From an uncultured Spirochaetota bacterium (lineage in GTDB: Bacteria; Spirochaetota; Brevinematia; Brevinematales; JAOACQ01), in NCBI GenBank assembly GCA_963835575.1, contig CAWIGG010000004.1, forward strand, positions 928,001 to 992,000: a DNA stretch of 64,000 nucleotides, read 5' to 3'. The first letter of the stretch is position 1. Every line of letters begins with the position of its first letter. The notes under the pieces are model-generated. The model was given only the letters and a program-made list of their open reading frames with translations. It made no database searches and was not told the origin of the DNA. Positions 10,394 to 20,632 of this stretch are shown here, in pieces. The position numbers and the translations under genes were made by a program.

Positions 10394-10422
10394 TTGACAT
10401 AATCCCTCAGTCAGGATAATCT
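10394..10422 (+). promoter_or_regulatory. sigma70-type promoter
   Basis: TTGACA-17 bp-TAATCT about 40 bp upstream of the 10464 start. Confidence 0.55.
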
Positions 10423-10463
10423 ACAATCAAATTGATAACACATTCGGGAATAAGGGGTTAACA

Positions 10464-11591
10464 ATGAAGAAAAATAAGGATGTCAGGCGTTATCTTGGAT
10501 ATCTTCGTTCGGAAGAGGATGCTGTCATACTTTACGGCCGGCTTGCTGAAGCGGAACAGAACCCCGATCTGAAAGCGATTTATGTCAAGCTGGCTGAAAA
10601 TGAAAAAAAACATGCGAAAGTCTGGGCGGATAAACTTACTAACGCAGGAGCAAAAGCGCCGAAATTCAAGCCCGGTTTCAAAACAAGGATTTTCGGATGG
10701 CTGGCCTCAAAAATGGGCCCCGCTTTTATTCTCCCGGTTCTTGCCGGGATCGAAAAGAAAACCGCCTCGGGATATAACGGCCAGCTGGATGCCGAAGCCG
10801 TCAATATGCCGGCCGACGAGAGATCGCATGCGCGGATTTTCAGCTATCTTGCGCAGACCTCAAACGGCGTTAAGGGCAGCGATCTTGCGCGGTTCGAAGG
10901 CGGCCACCGCGCCGGCGGAGGCAACGCCCTCCGGGCGGCCGTGCTGGGCGCGAACGACGGGCTTGTTTCGGTTTTCTGCCTGGTGATGGGCGTCGCGGGG
11001 GCCGGAGTAAAAGCGCAGAATATTCTTGTAACAGGCCTGGCAGGTCTTCTGGCAGGCGCTCTTTCAATGGCGCTGGGCGAATGGCTTTCCGTACAGAGTT
11101 CCCGGGAGCTGTATAAGCATCAGCTGAATATTGAACAGGATGAACTTAATGAATCCCCGGAAGAGGAAAAAGAGGAATTGGCGCTGATTTACCAGGCCAA
11201 AGGAATAAAAGCAAAAGAGGCGAAAAAACTTGCCGAACGTTTGATTTCCGAACCGGGAACGGCGCTGGACACACTGGCCAGGGAGGAGCTCGGTATTGAC
11301 TCTAAAGAGCTCGGCGGTTCCGCATGGGTAGCGGCCATCACTTCTTTCATACTTTTTTCTATCGGCGCGGCCATACCTGTCGTACCATATATTTTTTTTA
11401 CGGGCAGGGACGGCATCATTATGAGCGCGGTATTCAGCGCGGCGGGTTTATTCATTATAGGCGCTTTTATAACTCTTATGACAGGCAAGAATCCATGGCT
11501 CTCCGGTCTGCGTCAGGTCTTGTTCGGCCTGGCAACGGCGGCGGTGACCTATGTTGTAGGATGGATTATCGGTGTTAATTTATTGAGGTAA
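10464..11591 (+). CDS. VIT1/CCC1 family Fe/Mn transporter with N-terminal rubrerythrin/ferritin-like domain
   Basis: N-terminal E..A..Y..LA...E..H; LRAAVLGANDGLVS, AGALSMALGE.LSV. Confidence 0.9.
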   Translation: MKKNKDVRRYLGYLRSEEDAVILYGRLAEAEQNPDLKAIYVKLAENEKKHAKVWADKLTNAGAKAPKFKPGFKTRIFGWLASKMGPAFILPVLAGIEKKTASGYNGQLDAEAVNMPADERSHARIFSYLAQTSNGVKGSDLARFEGGHRAGGGNALRAAVLGANDGLVSVFCLVMGVAGAGVKAQNILVTGLAGLLAGALSMALGEWLSVQSSRELYKHQLNIEQDELNESPEEEKEELALIYQAKGIKAKEAKKLAERLISEPGTALDTLAREELGIDSKELGGSAWVAAITSFILFSIGAAIPVVPYIFFTGRDGIIMSAVFSAAGLFIIGAFITLMTGKNPWLSGLRQVLFGLATAAVTYVVGWIIGVNLLR

Positions 11592-11620
11592 ATCTGCTGT
11601 TAGCGAAATATTGAAGTTAT

Positions 11621-12139
11621 TTATATGGCAGGAAGCCTGGATTTGAAGCCGGAATAAAGCTCTTCATAACTATTAAATTTTATTGACATTCGGCCCGCAA
11701 TGTTTTCATTTTTGTATTTCTTTTTGATGGAAGCCCTGATCCGGATAAGATTTTTTATATCATCAAGCAAGCTTATATCTGACATCTTTATATAGATCCA
11801 CTTTCCTTCGATTATATATGTGGTTTCCCGGATTGTCTTGATAATTTGACCGTTCTTGATTATTAATAAAGCCTCTTTTACCTGCTCTGCATTAAGTATT
11901 ATCTGCGCGGTAAATGCATTATCTGAAGGATAGAGCGCGATGAGCGATTTTCCGGATTTATTAAAGCGGAGCGCCCAGCCGAAATTTTTCCCGTAGAACT
12001 TGTATTCCCCTTTTATTTTATAGGTTGAATCGATATAATTGATTAACTCATCCCAGGCAGGTTTTATTCCTGAAAGGGCTGTGGAAATTTCTTGATAATC
12101 CGGTTTTACTTTCCGGTCAGTAAATAATCCCTTTGGCAT
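11621..12139 (-). CDS. DUF3788-like protein
   Basis: YGKNFGWALRF.KSGKSL..LYP, EGKW pattern. Confidence 0.7.
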   Translation of the reverse strand: MPKGLFTDRKVKPDYQEISTALSGIKPAWDELINYIDSTYKIKGEYKFYGKNFGWALRFNKSGKSLIALYPSDNAFTAQIILNAEQVKEALLIIKNGQIIKTIRETTYIIEGKWIYIKMSDISLLDDIKNLIRIRASIKKKYKNENIAGRMSIKFNSYEELYSGFKSRLPAI

Positions 12140-12174
12140 CTTATTATCCTGCTTGAATTGATTTTATATATTAT

Positions 12175-12338
12175 GGGCAGTTCTAAAAACTCATATTTTT
12201 AGAACTGCCGACATTGTTTTGATTCATGCAACTGCTAAGTTTGCTTTGCAAACTCCACGCAGTAGCGTCATTTACATTAACCAAAAAGTTTTTATAACCG
12301 GGGCAGTTCCTAAAAACTTAAGGTTTTTGGAACTGCCC
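12175..12338. mobile_element. composite MITE-like element (two GGGCAGTT...AACTGCC palindromic units around a hairpin core)
   Basis: TTAT directly on both flanks; homologous to 62207-62409. Confidence 0.75.
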
Positions 12339-12439
12339 TTATATCACTTGTGTCCAAATAAGAATTAATAAAAAAAGGGATTAGTAATTTGTAAGCTTTA
12401 AAACTTTTCAAAAAGCTTTATGTATAGACCCCAATTTCT

Positions 12440-12532
12440 CACGGATTGACACGGAAGAAGCGGATTATCGCGGATTAGAAAGAATTAATTACTTTATGAT
12501 CAATACAATCCGCGTAAATCCGCATCAGATTA
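12440..12532. repeat. inverted ~9-mer repeat array (CGCGGATT / AATCCGCG)
   Basis: cacggattgacacggaagaagcggattatcgcggatt ... aatccgcgtaaatccgc. Confidence 0.7.
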
Positions 12533-12804
12533 TTAAATACCGCACTTTTTTTATTATTATAAACAATACTTGTATGCGCGCCTCTCCCGGCAAAAGCGGC
12601 GGAATGCGCCGCGGATTCCCGTTCAGAGCCTTCTGCTTTTATAGAACTGCCGGAAGAGGAAGCGCTGGTAATTGAACTGCTCATGTTAGTGTTATTGATA
12701 TCGTCCTTGAAAGTCCGGTCCAGAATATCACAGCCTGAAAACCAGATAACCCCTGCTGCAAGAAAAGTTATTAAAAAATAGAAAGAGATAATTTTCACTG
12801 ACAT
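12475..12804 (-). pseudogene. truncated lipoprotein (signal, Ser-rich linker, start of one Kelch-like repeat)
   Basis: GGAGG RBS; FSG-C lipobox; AAFAGRGAHTSIVYNNK then the frame runs into the 9-mer repeat array and stops. Confidence 0.6.
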
Positions 12805-13200
12805 GGCGGCCTCCTGGAATTTTCAAATTGCTTAAGCTTTACTTATAATACGTTTTAAAGAACTGTATTTTGTTAAAATTCAATAATTATTTTTCAATCT
12901 TTTTTCTTGAAATCCGTTTCATGTGTCATTATGATATTAAATAAGCTAAAGGCGGTTCCGATATATTTAAAAAAATGTTTATATAAAGTATTCCATGGTA
13001 TAATATTAATTAAAGTATAAAAAAGAAATGAATGATGCCAATAATCGAAATGAAAAAAAGACTTGATCCGGTATCGGGAAAGAACAAATCCCGGATAGAT
13101 TAAAAATAGCAGGGTGGTTTTTGGGGACGCCCTTAATTTATTTTTTAAACGTATGATGAACTGTATTCAACAATTATTATTAACGGAGCGAGGCTGGCCC

Positions 13201-14556
13201 ATGCGTTTCAATTACCGCTTTGTTTTATTAATAGCGGCATTTTTTATCCTGTTTGCTTCCGAGTTGCGGCCTTATAATATATCCGCGAAAAACACCCTTG
13301 TCGCGGGCTTTATCAACCGGGGTGATGAGAGCGATGATAACATTAATCCAATTATTACAAAGTCGCTTATTACTTTTCTTGCCAAGCTTCCCGGGGTGGA
13401 GATTACGTCCTATCCGGATTTAGAAAGGATTTCGTTAAGCAACGGTTTCTGGAAATCCGGGAAAATCAATATTGACGCCGCTTTGCAGATGGCGCAGAAC
13501 CTGAATGCCGATCATTTGATCGTCGGCGATTATAAAGTCAACGGCATAACAAAAAGGATTCAGATCAATCTCTTCGCTTATGATGTTATTACAGGAAAAT
13601 TGCTGCTCAAGCGGACTATAACAGGCTCGACCGGCCTGGAACTCTTTGACGCGATTGATACGATCAAAAAAAATATCAGCGGCCTTCTTTTCGGCAAGGA
13701 TTTATCTTTTGGAAAAATAAGCCTGGAAATCAACGGTACTTCCAGATCATATAAAGTTTATGCCGGCGGTAAATTTATTAGTGAAGTATCAAACCGGAAC
13801 GGTTTTGAAGACCAGTTTATAGCCGGTGAAGAGATGGAAATTTCACTCCGCCTGGCGGAATCCGGCAAAGAGGTTTTAAGGGAATCATTTGTTTTGAATA
13901 AGAATGAAAAGAAAAGCATCATTTATCAGCCCTCCGGCAGCATCATTGTCAAATCAATGGCAGATCAGTCTCTTATTTATCTTGACAATAAGGAGATCGG
14001 GAAAATTAACCGGGATGAAAGCATAACAATCCCCGGCGTGACGGCGGATACCGATCATATTGTCGGTTTAAAAAAAGAAAGCCGGATCGAAGATGTAAAA
14101 AAAGTAAACATTCCTGAAGGAGAAACAGAGATAGTGATAATCGGGGCGAAAAAAGCGGATATCATTTCCTACAAAAACACGCTTCCGCTTATGGATCTGG
14201 CTATCCCCGGCTTTGCGCAGTATCAGGCCGGAGACGGATGGATGGGAACGCTTTTTCTAACGCTGGGTATTGGAGGGGCCGGTCTGACCTTGTTTTCCGA
14301 AATTGCGTACGGGAAAAGCTATTCCAAGTATCAAATTGCGGAAGGCGATATAAAAGCGCTTTATTACAGCGATTCGCAATTCTGGCAGGTTTTAAGCATT
14401 ACCGGCATCTGTTTATGGGCCGGTTCCGCTGTTGTATCAGTATTTCATGCGTATACACAGCCCGGTTTTGGTTTACAGAAAAATGATGAAAATTACTACT
14501 GGGCCTGCGCTTTAATAGACGGCGGAATGGAATTGAGGATCGCCGGGCGGTTTTAA
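13201..14556 (+). CDS. exported hypothetical protein (TolB-N/CsgG-like alpha/beta N-domain, beta-rich middle, C-terminal hydrophobic helices)
   Basis: signal peptide; AQNLNADHLIVGDY...I...YDV.TG; IPGFAQY..G motif followed by TM helices. Confidence 0.55.
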   Translation: MRFNYRFVLLIAAFFILFASELRPYNISAKNTLVAGFINRGDESDDNINPIITKSLITFLAKLPGVEITSYPDLERISLSNGFWKSGKINIDAALQMAQNLNADHLIVGDYKVNGITKRIQINLFAYDVITGKLLLKRTITGSTGLELFDAIDTIKKNISGLLFGKDLSFGKISLEINGTSRSYKVYAGGKFISEVSNRNGFEDQFIAGEEMEISLRLAESGKEVLRESFVLNKNEKKSIIYQPSGSIIVKSMADQSLIYLDNKEIGKINRDESITIPGVTADTDHIVGLKKESRIEDVKKVNIPEGETEIVIIGAKKADIISYKNTLPLMDLAIPGFAQYQAGDGWMGTLFLTLGIGGAGLTLFSEIAYGKSYSKYQIAEGDIKALYYSDSQFWQVLSITGICLWAGSAVVSVFHAYTQPGFGLQKNDENYYWACALIDGGMELRIAGRF

Positions 14557-14607
14557 TAAATCGATTTATTACCGGCCGGGGTTTTTAAATAAAAATATGG
14601 ATTTATC

Positions 14608-15192
14608 ATGTCTTTAAAAACTATATCTGACGAAGAAATAGTGGCCCGCCTCTGTGATTTATCCACTGCTGAAGAGACATATAGTCCGGTTGAACAGCAG
14701 TATATGGAAGAACTCTATAGCAGGTATTATAAACAGGCTTATAATCTGTCCCGTTATTATGGGTTGAAACATAATGACGCGGAAGACGCGGTTCAGGAAG
14801 TGTTTGTAAAATTATTCACTTCTACAAAAACATTTCACGGCGGCAAAAAATTCAAACCCTGGTTTTTTAAAATGGTGCTTAATAAAACGAGGGATAAGTT
14901 CCGTTATCTTAATAGATTGGCTTATAGAGACATTGAGACAATGACCGACCTTGCTGATGATAAAAAAAATATTTTTGAAAACTTTCAAATTAGGGAGGGT
15001 CTCAATCGTATTATTAATAGGATCCCTGAGAAGTTCAGGAATATTCTGGTCCTTGATGCGTTCGGCAGGCTGGATTATAAAGAAATAGCAAAAATGGAAG
15101 GGATCAGTTCGAGAGAGGTTTATTACAGGCTTGATCGCGCTTATGATTTGCTGAAAAAAGAGGCGGAGGGAGATTATGAGTCCCTTACTTAA
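14608..15192 (+). CDS. ECF RNA polymerase sigma factor
   Basis: DAEDAVQEVF, FKPWFF, region 4 YKEIA...S...V..RL.RA. Confidence 0.92.
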   Translation: MSLKTISDEEIVARLCDLSTAEETYSPVEQQYMEELYSRYYKQAYNLSRYYGLKHNDAEDAVQEVFVKLFTSTKTFHGGKKFKPWFFKMVLNKTRDKFRYLNRLAYRDIETMTDLADDKKNIFENFQIREGLNRIINRIPEKFRNILVLDAFGRLDYKEIAKMEGISSREVYYRLDRAYDLLKKEAEGDYESLT

Positions 15193-17503
15193 GAAAGAGA
15201 AAATAATAATTAACGGCGATGTGAAAAGTTTTATTCAAAAGCATGAATACAGCGAAAATCTCGCCGATTTCAGGGCTTTTTTTAATAAAAACAAAGAAAA
15301 ATTAATTAAACCGAAACGAATGACGCTTTTGGATATTTTTAATAATAAAGCATTAAAATGGGTTTTGAGTTCAGCATTGATTGTCATGATAGCCGGAAGC
15401 GGGGCATTTTACTTTTTCGGATTTCTTCCGCTTCAGCAATTGCAGAAAGGAAAGGCTTTTGTTGTGACTATAATGAATGGAAATGTCATGCTGCAGAAAA
15501 AGGGAAATGCGGCCTGGTCAAAAATAAAATTAATGGAATCGATTGCGGACGGGGACAGGCTGAAATCCGATAAGGGCGGTTCCTGCGAACTGCAGATGAT
15601 TAATAAAGGCGTTTACCGCCTGGACAAAGAGGCTGAAGTTTCCGTGTCTATTGCCCGGAATGAAAAAGGGGCGATGGATATAAAATTTTTCCTCAGCCGC
15701 GGCAGGATTCTGCTGAATCCTCGTCCGTTATTAAAGGACGAATCGTTCGGGGTAGAGACTTCAACCTTATCGGCCGGCGTTAAAGGGACTAAATTCAGCG
15801 TGGAAATAGACTCGAACAGCGATAATCTGATCAAAGTCAGCGAAGGCAGCGTTTTAGTAAAGACTGTTTTATCTTCGATCGGCAAAGCGGAAGAAAAAGG
15901 TATGCTGGATAAAATGGCGGGAGATATTCTGCAGAATAAACTGGCCGGACCTTTTATTGTTGCCTCAAACGAATCCATGACGCTTAAAAAGCAAACCGGG
16001 GATATTCTTGAAGCGGCCGTAAATAAAGTAATAGAAAAAGAATATCAAAAATATAAGCGTCCTATTGATGCTCAAACACTCAACTCGCAGGACCGTACAT
16101 TGAATAACGGGAGGAGCGGGGCGGATAACATCGTTGATTCGATTGAAAAGAATTATCTGCAGACCTTAAAAGCGGCAAATATTCTTAAAAAACAAAATTA
16201 TTCAGAATCTATAATTGAAAAGGTAAAGCTTTCTCCCGCTGATTTGAATGAATTCAATCAATTGGAAGTTTCCGGCACAATAAAAAATGCCTTTGATATG
16301 GCTGAAATTTCCATAGGATCAGAACCGGCGGAGGCGGATGTCTATATCGATAATCTTTATGCGGGACGTACGCCTTTTGAAAAAATATTGGAAAAAGGCG
16401 GTAAAATATCCCTCAGGATTTCAAAGGATGGTTTTTCTGATTATATTGAATCAAAATTTCTTGTGTCTGGTAAATTGGCTGTCCATCCAATGCTGCAAAA
16501 ACTTATCAATTTAAAATCCGGCGAGCTTGTCTGGAACAGGGAGATGTCATTGGACAACCCGGAAAAGGGAGCGTATCTTTATCAGGGGAAAATAATCATT
16601 CCCGACGGCAGTCAATTAAAGATAGCTTCAATAGAAGGAGAACTATTAAGTACAACAAAAGTTGTGGACTCGAAGTATGTTATAACTAAGCCGGCTGTTG
16701 ACAGCGGTATTATCTATCTCGGCTCGGATTACGGCGGGCTTTACGCATACTCAGTATCAGGAGAGCTGGTCTGGAAGAATTTATCAGCCGGTAAAGCAAT
16801 GTATAACGCCTCTCCTGTTTCTCAAAATGGAATGATCGCGCTTCCGACTTTTGACAAAGGAATTCAGATCTTTAATCAAAAAGGCAGACTTTTGGATACT
16901 ATTCTAATTAAAAATGGCGAAGCGGTTTATTCCACGCCTGTTATAATAAAAAACGGTAATGTATTGATATATGGGACTGAAACTGGAAATGTCAGCGCCT
17001 ATGATATTAAAAATAAAAAAAACATCTGGAGTAAAAGCGTCTTTAATGACCGTATTGTATATCCCATCGCTGGTAATGATCAGGCTATATATGTCCTTTC
17101 CAGGGAAGAAGGGAAAATTATTTCTTTAAACCCTTCTGACGGGACAGTTTTATGGATGGAGCAGTTTGATTCCGTCAAAAAAACAGCCCTGCAGCCGTTA
17201 TTCTCAAAGGACCGGCTGATCCTTTTCAGCAATAGCGAAAATGGAAACAGTATACTGATACTGGATGGTAAAACCGGGAAGCTTGACCGTAAATTTGATT
17301 TTAAAGACAGGATTGCTTTCCCTTATCTTGCCGAAGATCATCTTTTCATTGGAACGGAGAGAGGGCGGATATATGATTATAATCTGGCGACCATGAATAA
17401 AGACTGGGCGGTTGAAAATAATAATCCTGTTTCCCTGATAGCGGCGGACGGCAGGGGAGTTTACGTTTTATCCCGGGGCGGCATGATTAAAATAGCCAGA
17501 TAA
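15176..17503 (+). CDS. putative anti-sigma factor: TM + FecR + PEGA + PQQ-like beta-propeller
   Basis: overlaps the sigma stop; one TM; T..AGVKGTKF.V (FecR); SEP..A.VYID...GRTP (PEGA); repeated G...W blades. Confidence 0.8.
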   Translation: MSPLLKKEKIIINGDVKSFIQKHEYSENLADFRAFFNKNKEKLIKPKRMTLLDIFNNKALKWVLSSALIVMIAGSGAFYFFGFLPLQQLQKGKAFVVTIMNGNVMLQKKGNAAWSKIKLMESIADGDRLKSDKGGSCELQMINKGVYRLDKEAEVSVSIARNEKGAMDIKFFLSRGRILLNPRPLLKDESFGVETSTLSAGVKGTKFSVEIDSNSDNLIKVSEGSVLVKTVLSSIGKAEEKGMLDKMAGDILQNKLAGPFIVASNESMTLKKQTGDILEAAVNKVIEKEYQKYKRPIDAQTLNSQDRTLNNGRSGADNIVDSIEKNYLQTLKAANILKKQNYSESIIEKVKLSPADLNEFNQLEVSGTIKNAFDMAEISIGSEPAEADVYIDNLYAGRTPFEKILEKGGKISLRISKDGFSDYIESKFLVSGKLAVHPMLQKLINLKSGELVWNREMSLDNPEKGAYLYQGKIIIPDGSQLKIASIEGELLSTTKVVDSKYVITKPAVDSGIIYLGSDYGGLYAYSVSGELVWKNLSAGKAMYNASPVSQNGMIALPTFDKGIQIFNQKGRLLDTILIKNGEAVYSTPVIIKNGNVLIYGTETGNVSAYDIKNKKNIWSKSVFNDRIVYPIAGNDQAIYVLSREEGKIISLNPSDGTVLWMEQFDSVKKTALQPLFSKDRLILFSNSENGNSILILDGKTGKLDRKFDFKDRIAFPYLAEDHLFIGTERGRIYDYNLATMNKDWAVENNNPVSLIAADGRGVYVLSRGGMIKIAR

Positions 17504-17593
17504 TGATTTATTGTTCTTATGATTAATGAAAACAGGCGCATTATTTTTGACTAAGAATCATTCTTTAAAATAATAAATATTGAGGTAAGATTT

Positions 17594-19375
17594 ATGAAAA
17601 TGAAACTAATTCCGGCAGTTGTACTTTTAGCGGTATTTTCAACAGGTTGTTCAACATCTCCCGGCGGAGGCAATAACGGCGGCGGAAATTCCGTCAGCAG
17701 CCAGCAGGGTAGTTCTTCCAGCTTTAACGGGTCGATAGTATATGTGTCGACAAACGGAAGCGATACCAATTCGGGGGAAATATCCGGCCCCCTGCGGTCG
17801 ATCCAGAAAGCGGTTAATACGGCGGCTGTTTCCGGAGTTAATTCGGTCTATGTCGGGAGCGGTTTATATACTCCAGGGAACGGCCTGAATAATGGCCCGG
17901 CCGGCGGCGTGATGATCACCAACGGCAGTATTCAGTTTTTGGGAGGATGGGATGAGACCTTTGCCGTCCGCAGCGGAAAAAGCGAGCTGGACGGAAACGG
18001 CCAGCTTTATCATGTCATCGACATTTCGAACGCCGCAGGAATTGTTCTTGACGGATTTGTCGTCAGGAAGGGAAATGCGTCGGGAACCATGCCGGATGAC
18101 AGGGGCGGCGGTATATTAATAGGCTGGTCGTCCAATTGCGTTGTTACGAACTGCGTCATCAGCAATAATTACGCTTCGTCGGGCGGAGGAATGAGCCTCT
18201 TCTACTGTAATCACATAACTATCGACAGCGTCTTCAGCGGAAATGTCTCAACCGGCGGCGGCGCTTTATATGCCAACGCGGCTTTCTTTGTCAACTTAAG
18301 CGGACTGGTCTCGGGAAACATTTCCTCAAACAATGGAGGCGGATTATTCATCAGCTATTCGTCCAACTTTATTGCGACAAACATTATTATCAGTAATAAC
18401 ACTGCTTCCAATAACGGCGGCGGCGTTTACAGCTATGACAATGATCATATCACGTATAGCTGCCCCATTGTTAAAAATTCGGCCTTAACCGGGGGCGGTA
18501 TTTACACCTTCATAGACCATTATGGGATGTTCGCCGGACTGATCCATGATAATACATGCTCTATTGACGGCGGGGGTTTATGCTTAATAGGCGGCATCAG
18601 CAATACCATTGTCAGTCTGATCAGTAATAATTATTCGACAAATGACGGCGGCGGAGTATATCTCGGCAATAATTTTTATTGTACAATCAGCGGAAATATA
18701 TATCAAAACTCGGCCCAGTTTAGCGGCGGAGGCCTCTACATTTCCGGGGGAGCAAAAAATATCTTTAACGGAATGATCAACGGGAACAGCGCCCTGGATA
18801 GAGGAGGCGGAGTTTATCTGAACAGTTCTACAAGCAATTTATTAAGCGGCGTCATTTGTAATAATTCCGCTGATGTCGAAGGCGGCGGTTTATACATAGA
18901 ATATGGTTACAGTAATACTATAAGCGGATCAGTCAACTCCAATACCTCAATAACCGGCGGCGGTATCTCATTATTGGCATGCAGCAGCAATAATTTATCA
19001 GGAAGCATTTGCTCCAATACCGCCGATTTCGGCGCCGGGATCAGCATGCAGTCCTGTGCCCTGAATGTATTTTCAAATATTAATATGATCTGTAACGCCA
19101 GTAATGTCATTCAAATGAGGGCCAGCAACGGGCCCAATACCTTTTTCGGCTGTACGATCGGGGGAAGAGGTAATGGATACGCGTTTTATGAGGCCGATGC
19201 GAATACAATAAACCATTCGATCTTAAGCAATATATTCCTGACCAACACGCTCAGCTATCTTTACCATGATTATAATAACGGCGATATCAATCTGAACGAG
19301 ATCGGCCTTTTGAATATGCTGACCAATAAACATGGCGCAACCAATGTCGGCGGCAACATCGCTGAAACTCAATAA
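17594..19375 (+). CDS. lipoprotein with right-handed beta-helix (N.A..GGG repeats)
   Basis: FSTG-C lipobox; YVS.NGSD.N.G...P..SIQ.A N-cap; more than 10 NxAxxGGG repeats. Confidence 0.82.
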   Translation: MKMKLIPAVVLLAVFSTGCSTSPGGGNNGGGNSVSSQQGSSSSFNGSIVYVSTNGSDTNSGEISGPLRSIQKAVNTAAVSGVNSVYVGSGLYTPGNGLNNGPAGGVMITNGSIQFLGGWDETFAVRSGKSELDGNGQLYHVIDISNAAGIVLDGFVVRKGNASGTMPDDRGGGILIGWSSNCVVTNCVISNNYASSGGGMSLFYCNHITIDSVFSGNVSTGGGALYANAAFFVNLSGLVSGNISSNNGGGLFISYSSNFIATNIIISNNTASNNGGGVYSYDNDHITYSCPIVKNSALTGGGIYTFIDHYGMFAGLIHDNTCSIDGGGLCLIGGISNTIVSLISNNYSTNDGGGVYLGNNFYCTISGNIYQNSAQFSGGGLYISGGAKNIFNGMINGNSALDRGGGVYLNSSTSNLLSGVICNNSADVEGGGLYIEYGYSNTISGSVNSNTSITGGGISLLACSSNNLSGSICSNTADFGAGISMQSCALNVFSNINMICNASNVIQMRASNGPNTFFGCTIGGRGNGYAFYEADANTINHSILSNIFLTNTLSYLYHDYNNGDINLNEIGLLNMLTNKHGATNVGGNIAETQ

Positions 19376-19402
19376 TTTTTACCATCAGTACTTTGATGAG
19401 AT

Positions 19403-19430
19403 AAAAGCGTGCGATTAAAATCGCACGCTT
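19403..19430. terminator. hairpin between convergent genes
   Basis: AAGCGTGCGATT-aa-AATCGCACGCTT. Confidence 0.65.
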
Positions 19431-19541
19431 CATCAAAAGGCAATATCTTATTAAGATAATATTGGGCGGTTAATCATAAAATCCTGATAATATATCAAAC
19501 AAAAAAAAGAAGTATTGTTTTCTGCCGGCCTTTTTATAAAC

Positions 19542-20000
19542 TTATTTCAATTCCTTTTGTTCCAGCCGGGTGGTCCTGGGATAAAAGCCGAATTTCTCAT
19601 AAAACGGGAGAACGCTTTCGTGGCCGTAACTGACTGCGAGTCCGACTGTTGATGCTTTTTTGTTTTTGAGCCATTGGAGGCTGTTCTTTATCAATTTCTC
19701 TCCAATTTTTTTTCTCCGGTACTGCTCTTCAATACAAATGGATTCGATCTCTCCTGTTTTATCACCGCTGATAGTTGTTATACAGAATCCGATGATAGTG
19801 TTATCGTCAGTAATGACAGCTTCGATAAAGATATCATCTTCATTCATGTTTAAGAACTTTTCGATCCGTTTTTCAAAAGTAAATTTGATATAGCTGTCTT
19901 TAAAATATATGGAATCCCGATAATGGATCTGATTGAGTTTCTCCCAGAGAGGCTTGATCAATTCAATCCGGCTTATTTTTATTCTTTCAAATTTAATCAT
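19542..20000 (-). CDS. GNAT family N-acetyltransferase
   Basis: GEIESICI...YRRKKIG..L, FYEKFGF. Confidence 0.88.
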   Translation of the reverse strand: MIKFERIKISRIELIKPLWEKLNQIHYRDSIYFKDSYIKFTFEKRIEKFLNMNEDDIFIEAVITDDNTIIGFCITTISGDKTGEIESICIEEQYRRKKIGEKLIKNSLQWLKNKKASTVGLAVSYGHESVLPFYEKFGFYPRTTRLEQKELK

Positions 20001-20231
20001 ATTTTCCCTCAATATTTTTAATATCCGGGATAATTTTAATTTCAAAACCTTCTTTCCGCCAATAATTTCTTAAATTCATTTAATCATTTTCCAAGGTCCT
20101 GTTTCTCATATTGAAAATATGAATTTAAGGCAATTTCCATTAATCATTAATTTATTGTTCAATAAAACAAAAATATTTATAATAGTATTGAATGAAAATG
20201 ATATCGCAAGTTTGAGTGAGGAGCTGTTATT

Positions 20232-20618
20232 ATGCTGAACCCGATGATCATTACCGGGATGGCGGTTGTGACCTGCGCGCTGGCGCTCTATTCAATAGCC
20301 GTGTATTATGAGTTTAAAACCCATACGGTTTCCAAAAAAGTTCTTTTCTTTTTCACAGCGGGCGTGATGCTGGATATCACTTCCACTACATTTATGATCA
20401 TCGGGTCCCGCCGTATTCCGATAACGCCGCATGGCATCCTGGGATATACGGCCTTGACCGTGATGCTGATCGATGTATTCCTCTTGTGGCGTTTGAGGCT
20501 TCAAAAAGGCGCCGGAGAGAAATTACCGGAAATGCTGCACCGGTATTCCGCGTCGGCTTACAGCTGGTGGGTACTGGCCTATATAGCGGGCGGATTACTG
20601 GTGATGCTGGTGAGATAA
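20232..20618 (+). CDS. small 4-TM membrane protein (HsmA/TIGR03987-like)
   Basis: AL.LYSIA, FF..G..LD..ST..M, HG.LGY.AL..M. Confidence 0.65.
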   Translation: MLNPMIITGMAVVTCALALYSIAVYYEFKTHTVSKKVLFFFTAGVMLDITSTTFMIIGSRRIPITPHGILGYTALTVMLIDVFLLWRLRLQKGAGEKLPEMLHRYSASAYSWWVLAYIAGGLLVMLVR

Positions 20619-20632
20619 CAGGACGGTACTGT

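Noticed and set aside
12175..12338. Mini CRISPR array (two ~36-bp palindromic repeats)
   Set aside because: The units differ, the 'spacer' is ~90 bp and homologous between loci, TSDs flank the whole element, and there are no cas genes.
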